A stretch of DNA of 63,985 bases, filler included, from Octopus bimaculoides (lineage: Eukaryota), in NCBI RefSeq assembly GCF_001194135.2. It is 6 parts of 5 records of this genome, joined end to end, with 100 filler letters (N's around TTAATTAATTAA, not from the genome) between each part and the next. Parts side by side here need not be neighbours in the genome. Positions count along the whole stretch, not along the records: positions 13,572 to 44,133 come from NC_068982.1; 5 more parts are not named here. One strand, given 5' to 3'. Under the pieces are notes generated by a model. That model did no database searches. It was not told the origin of the DNA and saw only the letters and a list, made by a program, of their open reading frames with translations. Below, one piece after another: positions 13,633-27,045 of the stretch (position 1 is its first letter; the number at the start of each line of letters is the position of its first letter). The translations under genes and the position numbers were made by a program.

Positions 13633-14734
13633 GAGAGAAATAGAGCAAGAGATATAGAGACAGAAATAGAGCAAGAGAGAGAGAGAAAGCTGCATATCAT
13701 ATGTCTATAACTTCACACATATGTATTCATCTGCATATATACATGTGCTTCTATGTAGGTGTGAGTATCGTTTTCGTTTTACTTCATTTGATTAAAGTAG
13801 AAAGTATTTTGAGGGGGCGGGGGTTTAGAAAATGTAATTAAATTTAAAGACCATAAGCTTACATGTGTGGTCTTTGGACATATTAACGCTATCGGAAAAT
13901 AACTGCTGTGAAATACTATATATTGGTATAATCCTTATATCTATAGCTGTCTCTGTTTCCTATTGAATTTATTCATATATTTTTCATCGCTATACATTTA
14001 CGTACATTTTAAAACCTGTATTTTTAAAGATTTACTATAACTATTTTACTTCCACTCTTTATTCCTTCCTGCTTTTTAACATTAAACATGGTCAGGTCTC
14101 TGAACTTAGATCCCGCACTTAAATTGATTTGACACAACATAGCTTCATTTCTACTGACCATAGCAGCTAATTGTATATATATACATACACACACACACAC
14201 ACACATATATATATGTATATGCATGCATGTATGTATGTATGTATGTATGCATGCATATATGAATGTAGGTATATAAAGTGAACATTTTGTAAGTGTATTT
14301 AAAGGTGAGTCATTAATGTAGCTACGATGCCCCGATTGTCTGATGAGTTAGCTTTCTTTATCTGCATGGATACATGAATATACAATTGTATTGTATAATG
14401 CATGGCGCTCTTATTAGTTCAGACATGTAAACATAATTTATTATTCACTGAAATTATTATTATGCAAAAGAGAGTTCGAAACGGCCGTAAGACTGAGGAT
14501 GATAAGTATTTAAATAAATATATTTATTTCTTATACCTCCTGACAGTTTATGGTTTATATATCCCTTATGAAATAATTTGATGGATCGAGTCTTCTGTAG
14601 TTTAGCTACACGGTGCTCTGCATTATACTCCATTATACTCCATTATACTACATTATACTGTTAGCCGAGTCCTTTAGAGGAGCTTTTTCTGATAAACTTA
14701 CGACTCGACAAATATATATATTACACAACAACTA

Positions 14735-14779
<45 letters not shown>

Positions 14780-14859
14780 TAAAAGCCTATGTTAGTTGAA
14801 AAAGGGCAGCAATTCAATTTGCTTTGTTGATTTTTTGAAAAAAGGGTGCTTGGGAGTGG

Positions 14860-14995
14860 TTATTCGAGGGGTTCATAATAAACAAGTTGAATTACGTAAG
14901 CTCCCACTGAGCAAACGTGTAGAAATAGGTGGAAGTAACAGATTCATGATCTTTCCATTCTATAAATGCCCAAGGAATGATTCCAAATACTGGAA
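14860..14995 (+). mobile_element. Penelope-like GIY-YIG C-terminal fragment
   Basis: HNKQVELRKLPLSKRVEIGGSNRFMIFPFYKC is similar to the minus-strand fragment at 29805-29930 (EYRKIALSEHIDICA....NFRIF). Confidence 0.5.
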
Positions 14996-17182
14996 ACAAA
15001 GTGAAATAATAATATAAAAAGCTTTTCACTAAAACAAAAAATGTAAAAACCATAGGAATTTGTACTAAAACTAAACATGCAAAAATAAGAGAAATTTGTA
15101 TTAAACAATTACTCCTCTAAAAGAACCAAAGCATGTAATCACTAAATATTGTTAATGATGATGATTTTATTACTGTTAATAAAATTACTAGAAAAATTAA
15201 CTCTCAAGCAATCAAAACATTCACACAACACACTCTCACATACACTCTAACACATGCACGCATATTTAAATGTCTTTCGAAGCAATTTGGTGAAAGCAAT
15301 TTCTAAAACAACTTTTTCTTCTGTCTCATTCTACATTACACAGCCACTGACCAAAAACTCTCAACAGCCATTTAATGACTAAAAGTAACAATTTATTGCA
15401 CTGAATAAAAATGTTGACATGTTTTGATGTGTCATCAAATCAACCATCTCAGAAAATATCTCTTTTATTTATCGTTTTCATCCTTCTCTAACCAAACATC
15501 TAAAATAGTACATATATGTTTTGTTTAAAAACTCACCACACATACGTAGACAATACATGCACACACATATTCTCTTAAAATAACAAATAACCGCTCCTAA
15601 GCATTCTTTTTTCTAAAATCAAAGAAAACAAATTGAACTTAGCACTTTTTTGACAGACTCACAAATATATTAAAGAAAACAATTTCAGTAGCTCACAATT
15701 TGTGACAAATTTGTAAAGGAGATGAAAGCGCTCAATAAATAATATTTATCCAAATTCTGACTAATTTTCCCCTTTTACAAATATAAAAAATGTCTACACC
15801 ACCAAAAACAATCTCTACATACATACATACATGCATACATACATATACACATACATACATACATACATACATACATACATACATACATACACATATCTAT
15901 TTACACACACATATTTGTATGTATTTTTTATATGTATATATACACATATATGTCGACGTATTAAAAAATTAGAAATTGAGAGAGGGAGTGAAATATTTCT
16001 AATGTTTTTGGAACGATGAAAATCGAAGCACATAAAGTGAAAGATAATAGCATGTATATAGTGGGTAAAAGAACACTTCGGATAGGAAAAGACGAAGGCT
16101 TCTCGTGTGACCGAACTAAAATATTCTGTAACCATGACCATATTATGTTATAGTTTTCACACATCGTGTCTAAGGGCAATGAATCGAATCCAAAACTTCA
16201 TATTAAATGCTAATATTAAGTCGCTTTTCTTTACCATTTGAATGATCAGATTTACTAGTATATAAAAAATAATCTCGCATAAGACAAATTCCTACTTTTT
16301 TCAGAAAAAGTATGTTTGAAGTTACATACTTTTACGTGAATGTATAAGTCACTATGTCTGATTTCCCTTGTGAATTTAATGGATATTGGAAGGCTGTTCA
16401 AAATGCTATTGAATAATTGTTACATTTAAGAATTAAGAAAAACGCCGGAAAATACTGTGACTATCCTGATTTGCTCCTTTGTGTATATATAAATATCCGT
16501 CTTTTCCTGCGTGCAGCTTTGACCATTTATATGGTAGTACTCTAGTTTCTGTGTTTTCATTGGTATTGTATAATATTTATATGGTTGGGTTTATACCCAA
16601 GTGTACTTACTCCTGTAATTCAATACAACTATTTGTGCGTCTCACTTTTGTCGTTATTTATCTATTTTTACAAGGTTTACGTAAGTAAAAAAAAAACGTC
16701 CATTGGAAAATATGTCGCCAAACATCTCGAAATATATCTCGTGTAACGCATTAATGAATTTAATATAAATGACATGTTCACCCATGTGTTCACTGAATTT
16801 GCTTATTATACGTATGTATGCTTTCATACCCTAGTATCTTTATATTTTCTTTATCATTCATATAACATATATATATTGTTGTATGTTTCTGTCTTTCTTA
16901 ATATTACGAAATATATTTATTCCAGTTTATTTCGAAGCAAAAATAAGTCTCTCTCACACATTCAAACTCACGCACACTCAAATACACACACACACACATA
17001 CATGCTTGTATGCATCTATGAATGTATTTGCATGTATGATTATGCATGTATGCATGTGTGTGCATACCTACTAATATATAGTTTATTAAATGTCTAATGC
17101 ATTCCAAGGCAGATCTGGGAAAGAAAATACTTTCAAAAATCTTATTTATTCATTCATTTTATTTATTTTATTTATTTATTGA

Positions 17183-17228
17183 GAAACCTGACGAAAAAGA
17201 TGTATCAAAGTCTTTGAAATATAGTTTC
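17183..17228 (+). ncRNA. Minimal type I hammerhead-ribozyme-like motif
   Basis: gaaac-CTGACGA-a-aaaga[tgtatcaaag]tcttt-GAAA-TATA-gtttc: 5-bp stem I, 5-bp stem II, palindromic stem III (ATAT). Confidence 0.5.
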
Positions 17229-18012
17229 AGAACCAGGAAATTGCACCTAGCAATGTATTTTGTTTGATATCTTTCAGAAAGACTTCTCCAGGATAGTGAA
17301 ACATATAAAGGGCAATAAAATCAAGACCCTACAGCATGAATTAGCATAAAACAAAGGAAATTAGGAAATCAAATAAAATTTTAGAGAAAGCAGGTAAAAT
17401 TAGAACCACTTCAAAGACTAAAGTCTTTCAAGATACTTCTCTGAGAGACTTCGCTCAACATTTACAATTCCTTCGAAGGAGAACGGTTGCTTGCAACTAT
17501 TTAATCTTGGCCGTTTAAAAGCTTTTGAGTTATTTGCTGAGATCACAGACTATTGTGAAATACCTTTGCAAATCTAAATGTATTTATAGCACATATTTGA
17601 ACGCCATTTCTATGCGGCTTTAATGAAACAGAATTTTATTAGTTTTCTTTAAATCTTCGAGCTCCGAGTTACCTTTGTACAATTGTGCAGAGAGATAACA
17701 TAGTCGGACAGAAAGAGAAAGTACATAATGGAGAAATGGATAACATTGTTCAAGAGCCATATCTACGCCACAACATGCTATCGTTCCTAGGCAAATTACT
17801 TGTTATAAAATATTATAGCTAAAGGAGATTGATGCTAATTGATATTAACATGTAAGCACAACTCTGAGACAAAAAAACAGAAACACACAACCTTACCGAC
17901 TCAGACCACATATCGTTTGTTGTGATTCGAGTCCGGTTTGTAGTTTGTATCTTTCCTTTATATTGTCTATAATGTCTAACGTTTTGTATTGATAATATTA
18001 GCAGCAGTAACT

Positions 18013-18430
18013 GCAGCGAGCTAGTAGAATCGGTGGGCGAAATGCTCGGCTGTCTTCACGTTCTGAGTTCAAATTCCACCGAAGTCGATTTTACCTTTCA
18101 TCATTTCTGGGTTGATGGAATAAGTACCAGTTGAATGTTGAGGTCGATGTAATTGACATAACCACTTCCCCACACCTGTTGGCCTTGTACCAACATTTGA
18201 AATTGATATTAATAGTAATAAACGTGACAAGTAGGCAGAATCTTTACCGCGCCGGAAAAATGCTTAGCGGCATTTTTTCCGACTTTATGTTCTGAGTTCA
18301 AATGCTGCCGTGGTCCACTTTACTTTCATCCTTTCGGAATCGATAAAGTGCTGGCTGAACACAGGAGTCCTTGAAATCGACTTTCGCTCTCCCTGCAATT
18401 GTTGGCCTTGTGCCAAAATTTGAAGCCAAT
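18013..18430 (+). mobile_element. Two tandem SINE family A copies
   Basis: Copies at about 18013-18203 and 18224-18430, both with B-box and core. Confidence 0.8.
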
Positions 18431-18690
18431 CTTAGTAGTAGTAGGTAGTTCATAAGGTGAGGGATAGTTATTAGACACCATTTAAGTGGGGGCCAAGTAT
18501 AGGAACTTTTTATCTGTGTTACATAATGATAATGTGCCTATATGAGCCGTTTTCTATCATTGAAATAGAGTATAAAGAATCTTTATTCATAACATCATAT
18601 TTACTACTAATTTTAGTCATACTTCAAAATACATATCTACGCTTCAATTACCGTTAGTTAATATATATGTGCACACACACATACACACAC

Positions 18691-18886
18691 ATGCAAGGGG
18701 GTGCTGAAAAGTTCTTAACTTTAAGGGTATCAGGAAACGACTGGTTAGGGGCCCAATCTTCCGAGTTCTTTTACAGGACTTAGAAAACCTGAAGGACTGC
18801 TGCAATGAGTCTGTGAATCAGAGAGGGGAATATGTTGAATAAAATCCTGTATTTTCTTTTATCCAAAGCTAGGAACTTTGCAGCAC
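18691..18886 (+). mobile_element. Mariner-derived MITE
   Basis: TIRs gggggtgctgaaaagttc / ggaactttgcagcac; internal GLENLKDCCNESVNQRGEYVE* is a mariner transposase C-terminus; second copy at 19920-20147. Confidence 0.8.
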
Positions 18887-19094
18887 ACACACATACATAT
18901 ATATATAGTTCACGAATGAGATCCAGAGATTTTCCGTTTAGAAGACAATAGTGTTCAAAAGACTCAAACTTAGACTTCGATGTCTTTTCAGGGGATCATT
19001 CCACAAGGTAAAGCAAGACTATAAGAGGGAAGAAGTTGAGCAGATATAGAAGCAATTATGTGGATAAACAAATTAGACAAATCAAATATATTCT

Positions 19095-19307
19095 TTTCTA
19101 ATCCAGGCACAAGGTCCGAAATTTTGGAGGAGGGGTGTAGTCGATTAGATCGTCTCCCAGTATGCAACTGGTACTTAATTTATCGACCCTGAAAGGATGA
19201 AGGGCAAAGTCGACCTCGGCGGAATTTGAACTCAGAACGTAAAGACAGACCGAATAACGCTAAGTATTTCTCCCGGCGTGCTAACGTTTCTGCCAGCTCA
19301 CCACCTT
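19095..19307 (-). mobile_element. SINE family A
   Basis: Reverse complement of the family A consensus. Confidence 0.85.
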
Positions 19308-19804
19308 AATATATTGAATATATTAAATACATCAAATACAATATATATACATGTAAAACGAGAGAAGGCAAAAGGTGAAAACTTTCAGATGAGGAATTTT
19401 TAAGTATAAATATATATATATATTTATATTAATAGATCCAGCCTACACAGATTACGAACGACGGAGAAAATTAAAGGGGTGGAATAAAGGTGTTATAAGT
19501 TCAACAGCTGTTCCTGGTAGCGCGGCTATCCATAATAATGTCGGTAGATTTAATTCATCACAATATGTGGCCGTATGGATGCAGTTGACATTGGATGAGA
19601 TGAGCCTCTGTCATCAGCGAACAGAAGATCTTACATTTCAGATCTTAATGCAAAGAAGTTCGAAGATGGAATGTGGGGAGCTAGCTGTATCAGAGGGGGA
19701 TTGGTGGGGTATGAAGATAGGGAATGGTGAGAAGAGAAAAGAAAGTTCAAGAAGATTGAGGAGTTAATAATGCGGGTGCTAAGGGAGATAGTACATATAT
19801 ATTT

Positions 19805-19839
<35 letters not shown>

Positions 19840-19919
19840 CGTGTGTGTGTGTTCTGTACATAAATGCATGCATATTTATACTGCAAAACGGTTTCAGTTG
19901 TTGGTTGACGCAGTTCACA

Positions 19920-20147
19920 TACAAAGGGGCGCTGAAACGTTCATAATTTTAAGGGTGTCCTGAAAAGCCTGGTTGGAGGACCAACCTTCATTTTTTTTTC
20001 TTTTTTTACAGGGCTTAGAAAAAACCGAAGACCCGCTGCAATAATGTGTTGATCTGAAAAGGGAATATGTTGAATAAAATCATAATTCATTGAGACTACT
20101 GATTTTTGTTTTACCCAAATCCTGGAACTTTTCAGCACCTCCTCGTA
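19920..20147 (+). mobile_element. Mariner-derived MITE (second copy)
   Basis: tacaaaggggcgctgaaacgttc ... ggaacttttcagcacctcctcgta, TA flanks, C-terminal coding relic ...KREYVE*. Confidence 0.8.
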
Positions 20148-20706
20148 ACAAATGTATGAAATATCACATAGATATTTCACTTCGCCGCTAATACTTCTGG
20201 GAAAATAATAGAATACCGTAAGCAATTTTCATTTTTCTCTTTAAAAACTAGTGGCTTCAGGTGATGTCGAGAAGACAACTACGAAATATAGGAGCACTGA
20301 ACAACCTGGAAACTAAAACAACTGAATGAAAATAAAATTCAATTGTTTATCTAACACACCTAGTATCGACCGAACACTAATATAAGACGATAATGCAATT
20401 TGACAACTAACCAGTATTAGCAAGGATTAAAGATTATCTCCTCTTCCTTCCTCTCTCAGTATCTCAGCCTCTTTCTAAGTTTATCTCTCGATACTCGCTA
20501 CGTTTACTTCCTCTGTGCATACTTTTCTTTCTTTCTTTCTTCCTTTCTTTCCTGATTTCTTTCTTTTTCTTTTCCTTTCATCTTACTTCTATTCTTTCAT
20601 TTCTTCTTTTTCTCTTTCTTTCATTCATTCACTCTTTCTTTCTGTTCTCTTCATCTCTATACAAACATACGCACGCACGCACAAACACATACACCCACGC
20701 ATACCC

Positions 20707-20743
<37 letters not shown>

Positions 20744-20784
20744 TACAGGTATTCTAATACTCTCTCTCTTTCTCTCTCTCTCTT

Positions 20785-20815
<31 letters not shown>

Positions 20816-20830
20816 TTCTCTCTCTCTCTT

Positions 20831-20960
<130 letters not shown>

Positions 20961-21201
20961 TCTCTCTCTCTCTCATAGATGCACAAAAACATGTTTGAAT
21001 GAATAAACGAAAGAAAGTAGCATTTCTCCAATTTTGTTGAATTACATGTGTTTAGTATCAGTTTTGATTCTGCTCCACATAATTCAAGATTTCATAAGAC
21101 ACGTCAAATTTTCGGAGGCAGTGTGTGTGCGCACGCGCATGAATGTGTGCATTGTAACAGTCATATACACATATATAAACAAACACGCACGCATACATAT
21201 A

Positions 21202-21364
21202 AGCGTGGCTAAATGGCTATAGGTGTTCTGCGACAAGAAGTTTGCTTTCCAACTAAGTATTTCCCGGTTCAGTCCGACTGCGTGATACCTTGCGAGAGTG
21301 TCCTCAACTTTAACTTCAGGTCTTGTGAGTTAATTTGGTAGAATACGGTTAAAACACGCCTGCC

Positions 21365-21366
<2 letters not shown>
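21202..21366 (+). mobile_element. tRNA-derived SINE family D (also about 45385-45580, 58850-58926 minus, 63385-63522 minus)
   Basis: gtggct...aagaagtttgctttccaac...ccggttcagtcc.actgcgtga.accttg...cttgtgag...tttggtaga, ending in (TA)n. Confidence 0.65.
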
Positions 21367-21412
<46 letters not shown>

Positions 21413-22063
21413 NNNNNNNNNNNNNNNNNNNNNNNNNNNNNNNNNNNNNNNNNNNNNNNNNNNNNNNNNNNNNNNNNNNNNNNNNNNNNNNNNNNNNNNN
21501 NNNNNNNNNNNNNNNNNNNNNNNNNNNNNNNNNNNNNNNNNNNNNNNNNNNNNNNNNNNNNNNNNNNNNNNNNNNNNNNNNNNNNNNNNNNNNNNNNNNN
21601 NNNNNNNNNNNNNNNNNNNNNNNNNNNNNNNNNNNNNNNNNNNNNNNNNNNNNNNNNNNNNNNNNNNNNNNNNNNNNNNNNNNNNNNNNNNNNNNNNNNN
21701 NNNNNNNNNNNNNNNNNNNNNNNNNNNNNNNNNNNNNNNNNNNNNNNNNNNNNNNNNNNNNNNNNNNNNNNNNNNNNNNNNNNNNNNNNNNNNNNNNNNN
21801 NNNNNNNNNNNNNNNNNNNNNNNNNNNNNNNNNNNNNNNNNNNNNNNNNNNNNNNNNNNNNNNNNNNNNNNNNNNNNNNNNNNNNNNNNNNNNNNNNNNN
21901 NNNNNNNNNNNNNNNNNNNNNNNNNNNNNNNNNNNNNNNNNNNNNNNNNNNNNNNNNNNNNNNNNNNNNNNNNNNNNNNNNNNNNNNNNNNNNNNNNNNN
22001 NNNNNNNNNNNNNNNNNNNNNNNNNNNNNNNNNNTATGCATACATACATATATATATACATTC

Positions 22064-22094
<31 letters not shown>

Positions 22095-22114
22095 CATATA
22101 TATGTACATACACA

Positions 22115-22168
<54 letters not shown>

Positions 22169-22465
22169 ATAAGCAGAAACTGGAGAAAACTTTTGATCAA
22201 CAAACAAACAAACTGACCAAAATCGGTTAATTATTTTTTAGTACAAAACTTAACATTGCTTACGGTCGTTTCGGCTACTAATGTTAGTCGGTGCCTCCAA
22301 AGAAAATTCCGAAAATAATATTCGTCATCGTTATAGCACATAAAATAAAAGAAAGGAAGAGGAAAGAATAGGGCCTCGATATGAGGAAAGAAGGCTGAAT
22401 AAATTTGAATCATACCGTTTTGCAGTGTAAAGCTTCAAGTCGATGGGCAAAATATATTTAAAAAA

Positions 22466-23254
22466 ATATATAGTTGAAAAAAGAAACAGAATGACTTCAC
22501 TAGTAGTTCTAATCAGTTTAATTTATTATTTAAAATTTTTCTTATAATATAAATTTTACACCCTAGTTCGTAGATCTAGTATGTTGTTTGTTAACTTGAG
22601 TGGGGAGATTGACCAAAAATTCGTTATTAACTTTTTGGGAGAACTTTCTCGCATTCGTTGTCAAACCGATGTGAAGATTTGGGGCTTTGTGATTCTATAT
22701 ATGGGATTTGGGTGTGTTTGAGGTCGGGTTGGCGTTTGTTAATCAGTGTGAGAGTGAAAGACTGTTGATGAATGATAGCCGAAAGAAAGTAGTGAATGGT
22801 TAACGCAATATACTTGATTGGGGGTGGAGTTGCGAGGTGGTCGGGTGTTAAAGGAGTGTTTTATGAAACCATTTGAATAGTTGACCTTTGGTCAGAAATC
22901 TAACGACCAGACGTTTTTCCAAATTCTTTCTTTTAGTAATTTTCTATATTTTAGGTATGTCTCTTACACTTCATTAATACCACCACCACCCCAGACACAC
23001 ACCTAAACATAAAAATCCCATATATAGAATCAGAAAGACCCAAATCCTTAGATCTGTTTGACAACGAATGCGAGAAAGTTCTCCAAAAAAGGAATTCCAA
23101 GCAAGGAATTTAAAAAAAAAATCTCCCCACTTAAGTTAACGAAGAAGTTACTAGATCTATGAACTAAAGCGTAAAATTTATATTATTAAAACATGATAAA
23201 TTAAACTGATTAGAATTACCAGTGAAATCATTCTTTTTCTTTTTTCAAATATAC
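22466..23254. repeat. About 265-bp imperfect inverted repeat (arms 22466-22735 and 22990-23254)
   Basis: For example ggagaactttctcgcattcgttgtcaaac versus gtttgacaacgaatgcgagaaagttctcc, and ctaatcagtttaatttat versus ataaattaaactgattag. Confidence 0.9.
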
Positions 23255-23410
23255 CAGTTGTTGAGTGTTCCGCCCAAGAGGAATTGATGCTAGGTGTGTC
23301 GAAACAATTGTTATGATTTATAATTTCTCGTATATTCCATCTTCTATCTTTCATTTGCTATATATATATATATATTTATATCAATCTATCTATCTATCTA
23401 TCTATATATA

Positions 23411-23461
<51 letters not shown>

Positions 23462-23829
23462 NNNNNNNNNNNNNNNNNNNNNNNNNNNNNNNNNNNNNNN
23501 NNNNNNNNNNNNNNNNNNNNNNNNNNNNNNNNNNNNNNNNNNNNNNNNNNNNNNNNNNNNNNNNNNNNNNNNNNNNNNNNNNNNNNNNNNNNNNNNNNNN
23601 NNNNNNNNNNNNNNNNNNNNNNNNNNNNNNNNNNNNNNNNNNNNNNNNNNNNNNNNNNNNNNNNNNNNNNNNNNNNNNNNNNNNNNNNNNNNNNNNNNNN
23701 NNNNNNNNNNNNNNNNNNNNNNNNNNNNNNNNNNNNNNNNNNNNNNNNNNNNNNNNNNNNNNNNNNNNNNNNNNNNNNNTATATATATATATACATGCAT
23801 ACATACATACATACATACACGCACACGCA

Positions 23830-24058
23830 CAGAGCTGGCAGAAACGTTAGCACACCGGGCGAAATGCTTAGCGGCATTTCGTCTGCCGTTACGTTCTGAG
23901 CTCAAATTCCACCGAGGTCGACTTTGCTTTTCATCCTTTCGGGGGCGATAAATAAGTACCAGTTACGCACTGGGGTCGATGTAATCGACTTAATCCGTTT
24001 GTCTGTCCTTGTTTGTCCCCTCTATGTTTTGTCCCCTGTGGGCAGTAAAGATATAAGA
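23830..24058 (+). mobile_element. SINE family A (alternative 3' tail)
   Basis: Family A head and core followed by cttaatccgtttgtctgtccttgtttgtcccctctatg tail. Confidence 0.85.
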
Positions 24059-26842
24059 AATAATACTGCTGTGAGGAAAAATTTTATATTTTCCAATGTG
24101 ATTACTCTATATTCTTGGAATTATTCTCAGTTTTGTCAGATACAAAGTGTGATAGTTCAAAATCTAGAACGTATCGTATTATCAGCAGAAGTAACTGAGT
24201 GAAAAAGTACTTTTTGATTCACTTTCACTGCAGGGTTCCTAAATTAATTTTGATGATTAACCGCGTGTCACTTTTATTTCTCTTAGTGATCAAAGTTCTG
24301 GAGTAACAATATTATATAAAAGATGGTTCCAGTTTTTAAGTGGATGTTGCACTTAAGCTTTCGGGAAAATTAGGCAACTGGCCAGAAAGGAAGTATTTTC
24401 TCATCCTGAAGCACAAGCCTATCGTTACGGAGAAAGTTTTGGCAATAATATATATGTAGACTCATTAATATCAGAGATTTTAACGACCTTCTTTTTAAAG
24501 CGAGTTTACTGTTTACATATATAAGGAAGATTTAATTTTTTGAGTCACTTTTGTTTTTGTGTAATGGTTGTAACGTGGCACTGTTGAGTTTTACTAGAGT
24601 GTCATATTCGCAATGCATGTTGTATTTGCGATATCTATTCCCCGTAAAAAATGCTGCTATATATTTGGTACCAAGCGAACATGTCGAGAAATTTTGTTAA
24701 CCATAAATCATTTAACGTCTAGAACGTTCATATAGACAATTTTGTATGAAATTATATTCGCATATATTTCTGTTGCAAGGTTTCTATAATGTGCAAAGGA
24801 TTTGAGACTGTTTATTGAAAATATTAATTTTATGACTTAAAAAGGTACAATCTTCTTGTTTTGCTTTACATAATGTTTGTGATTCTAAACTGGTATGCAG
24901 CAAAATTACTAAAAGCAACACTAATTGAAATCTGCCAAACAGAAACTCTAAGCTTATTTTCCAGTACCAAAAATAAATACTTTTGTTCTGATCAGTTGTG
25001 CAGTCAAATTCCACAATGCACAAATGTAATCCACACATGAATTCTTCTCATATATTTGGAACAGTAATGTTGCCATTCCAGAATTATAGATGACAAAAAC
25101 GAATGGACTGATAGCTGAAATTTATTCATCAGCTCTCTACATAAACTTGATAACACAAGTGCTCTTGATTCTGTCACTTGAAGCGATAGTACGATGGTGT
25201 CTGTTTTCTGAGACTTTGTATCAAGCAAGAGAAAACAGACGACTCAAAGAAGTTATGTCAATTTTTCTGAATAGTAAAATATTGTTTCATTCACCCTCGA
25301 CCCATAATAATTTCTAATAGCATTTCAGTGATCACTGACGCTGCTGTGCTAGACTAAATTCACTATTGTTTTTCATGTTATTGACATTTCTGAGTAACTT
25401 AGTACCTGTCATATCTTAATTGTCTACACCAGCAACGTATATAGAGTTGGTCTTTTCGATTAATTTTTTCTATTATCCTTACTTTGGCAGCTACGGAGAA
25501 GTACCTGTAAATTCTTCGTCGAGAAGGTTAAATAAACTGAAATATGTTTGAAGTAGTTTACACTTGCCTGAATAATTTAGATATAAATTAACTGTTATTT
25601 TCTTTTCATCATCGTATTATTCCATTTAACTTTTTCAACATACCATGCATTAAATACACTAACTTAAGAATAACGTAAGAAAAGTAGTGTCAGAGGCAAC
25701 TGATAGCGGTATGCTCCAACAAAAATAATTCAACAAAATTGAATAAAGTGTTTGGGTAAGTTTCTATGCTATGTACTGATGAGGAATTTGATGTAACGGG
25801 ATTCATGGTTCAATTATTGAACAAATTACTTCATCTCAGATGTAGAATCAGTCCCATGATATCATATTCCTCTCTTACCATCGCATTCGAATCAATCCAG
25901 TATAAAAGCACTTCTCCATTTCATCAATAAAAAGTGTTCAGTTCTGTGTGTATAATGACCATCCACTACTTTTTTGTTAAATTGTGACTCATACTCTTAA
26001 TCTGTACATTTCTTAAATAAAACAATTGAAAAAGATTTTTATTTATTAATCCCTGTCACCTAAAACTATATAATCTTTAATACCTGCAAATTTAAAGTTG
26101 TTGATAGTGTCCCATTGTGGGACTAAAGGAAAGATAGCATATATAGTGAATTGTGTTAAATACAATAACAGTGATAATATTCTATTTATTGTGTCTGGAG
26201 AGAGTCATATTGTTTATTGTTAAATACAATAACATTTAATACAATATTATGCATAAGCTGTACGAATCTTTGTAGAATGAACTCGAAAGAACAAATAATG
26301 AGTACATTATTTCACAATATTTATTCCGTTATCAGTTAAACAAATTTAATACGTTATCAGTTAAACAAATAAAAAATAATACATAGTTATAATAAAGCGT
26401 CGCAGGAAGATCTACAAAGGTATATTTAAAATTGCTTTTTCTCATTAATGTAGGTTGGAATTTTTATTGAGTTGCATACGAAATTTATTTATACATGTTC
26501 GCATCTATCTCCTGTAATTTCTTTACAATAATTTGTAATCAGAACACTTGCATGTGAGCCCGTTAATGTCAGATATTAAAATATATTTTATTTCTTGAAG
26601 TGATAGAAACCAATGACATTGTGTTTTATGTGTTTCCTTAACGAAGATAAATACGAAGAAACATGTCAACTGTGAATATGGTAGAAACATTAGTTTACTG
26701 AATATATTTTGGGATTTAGCTGTTCCGTCTATGTCAAGAGTTCAAATTTCACCGAAATTCTAATTTACTCCCGTCTCCTGAAATAGATGTCAAAAATATT
26801 CTGAGTTCAATTCAATTTACAATCTAAATATTCTTTTCTACT

Positions 26843-27045
26843 CTTGGCACAAGGCCAGAAATTTTGTGGGAGGGAGCGCCAGTCGATTAGATCGACTCCA
26901 GTATGCAGCTGGTATTTAATTTATCGACTCCGAAGAGATGAAAAGCAAAGTCAACTTCGGGGGAATTTGAACACAGAACGTAAAGACAGACGAAATACCG
27001 TTAAAGCGTTTCGCCCCGCGTGCTAAAGTTTCTGCCAGCTCACCG
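26843..27045 (-). mobile_element. SINE family A
   Basis: Reverse complement of the consensus; explains ORF 26844-27026 and its resemblance to ORF 1272-1571. Confidence 0.85.
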
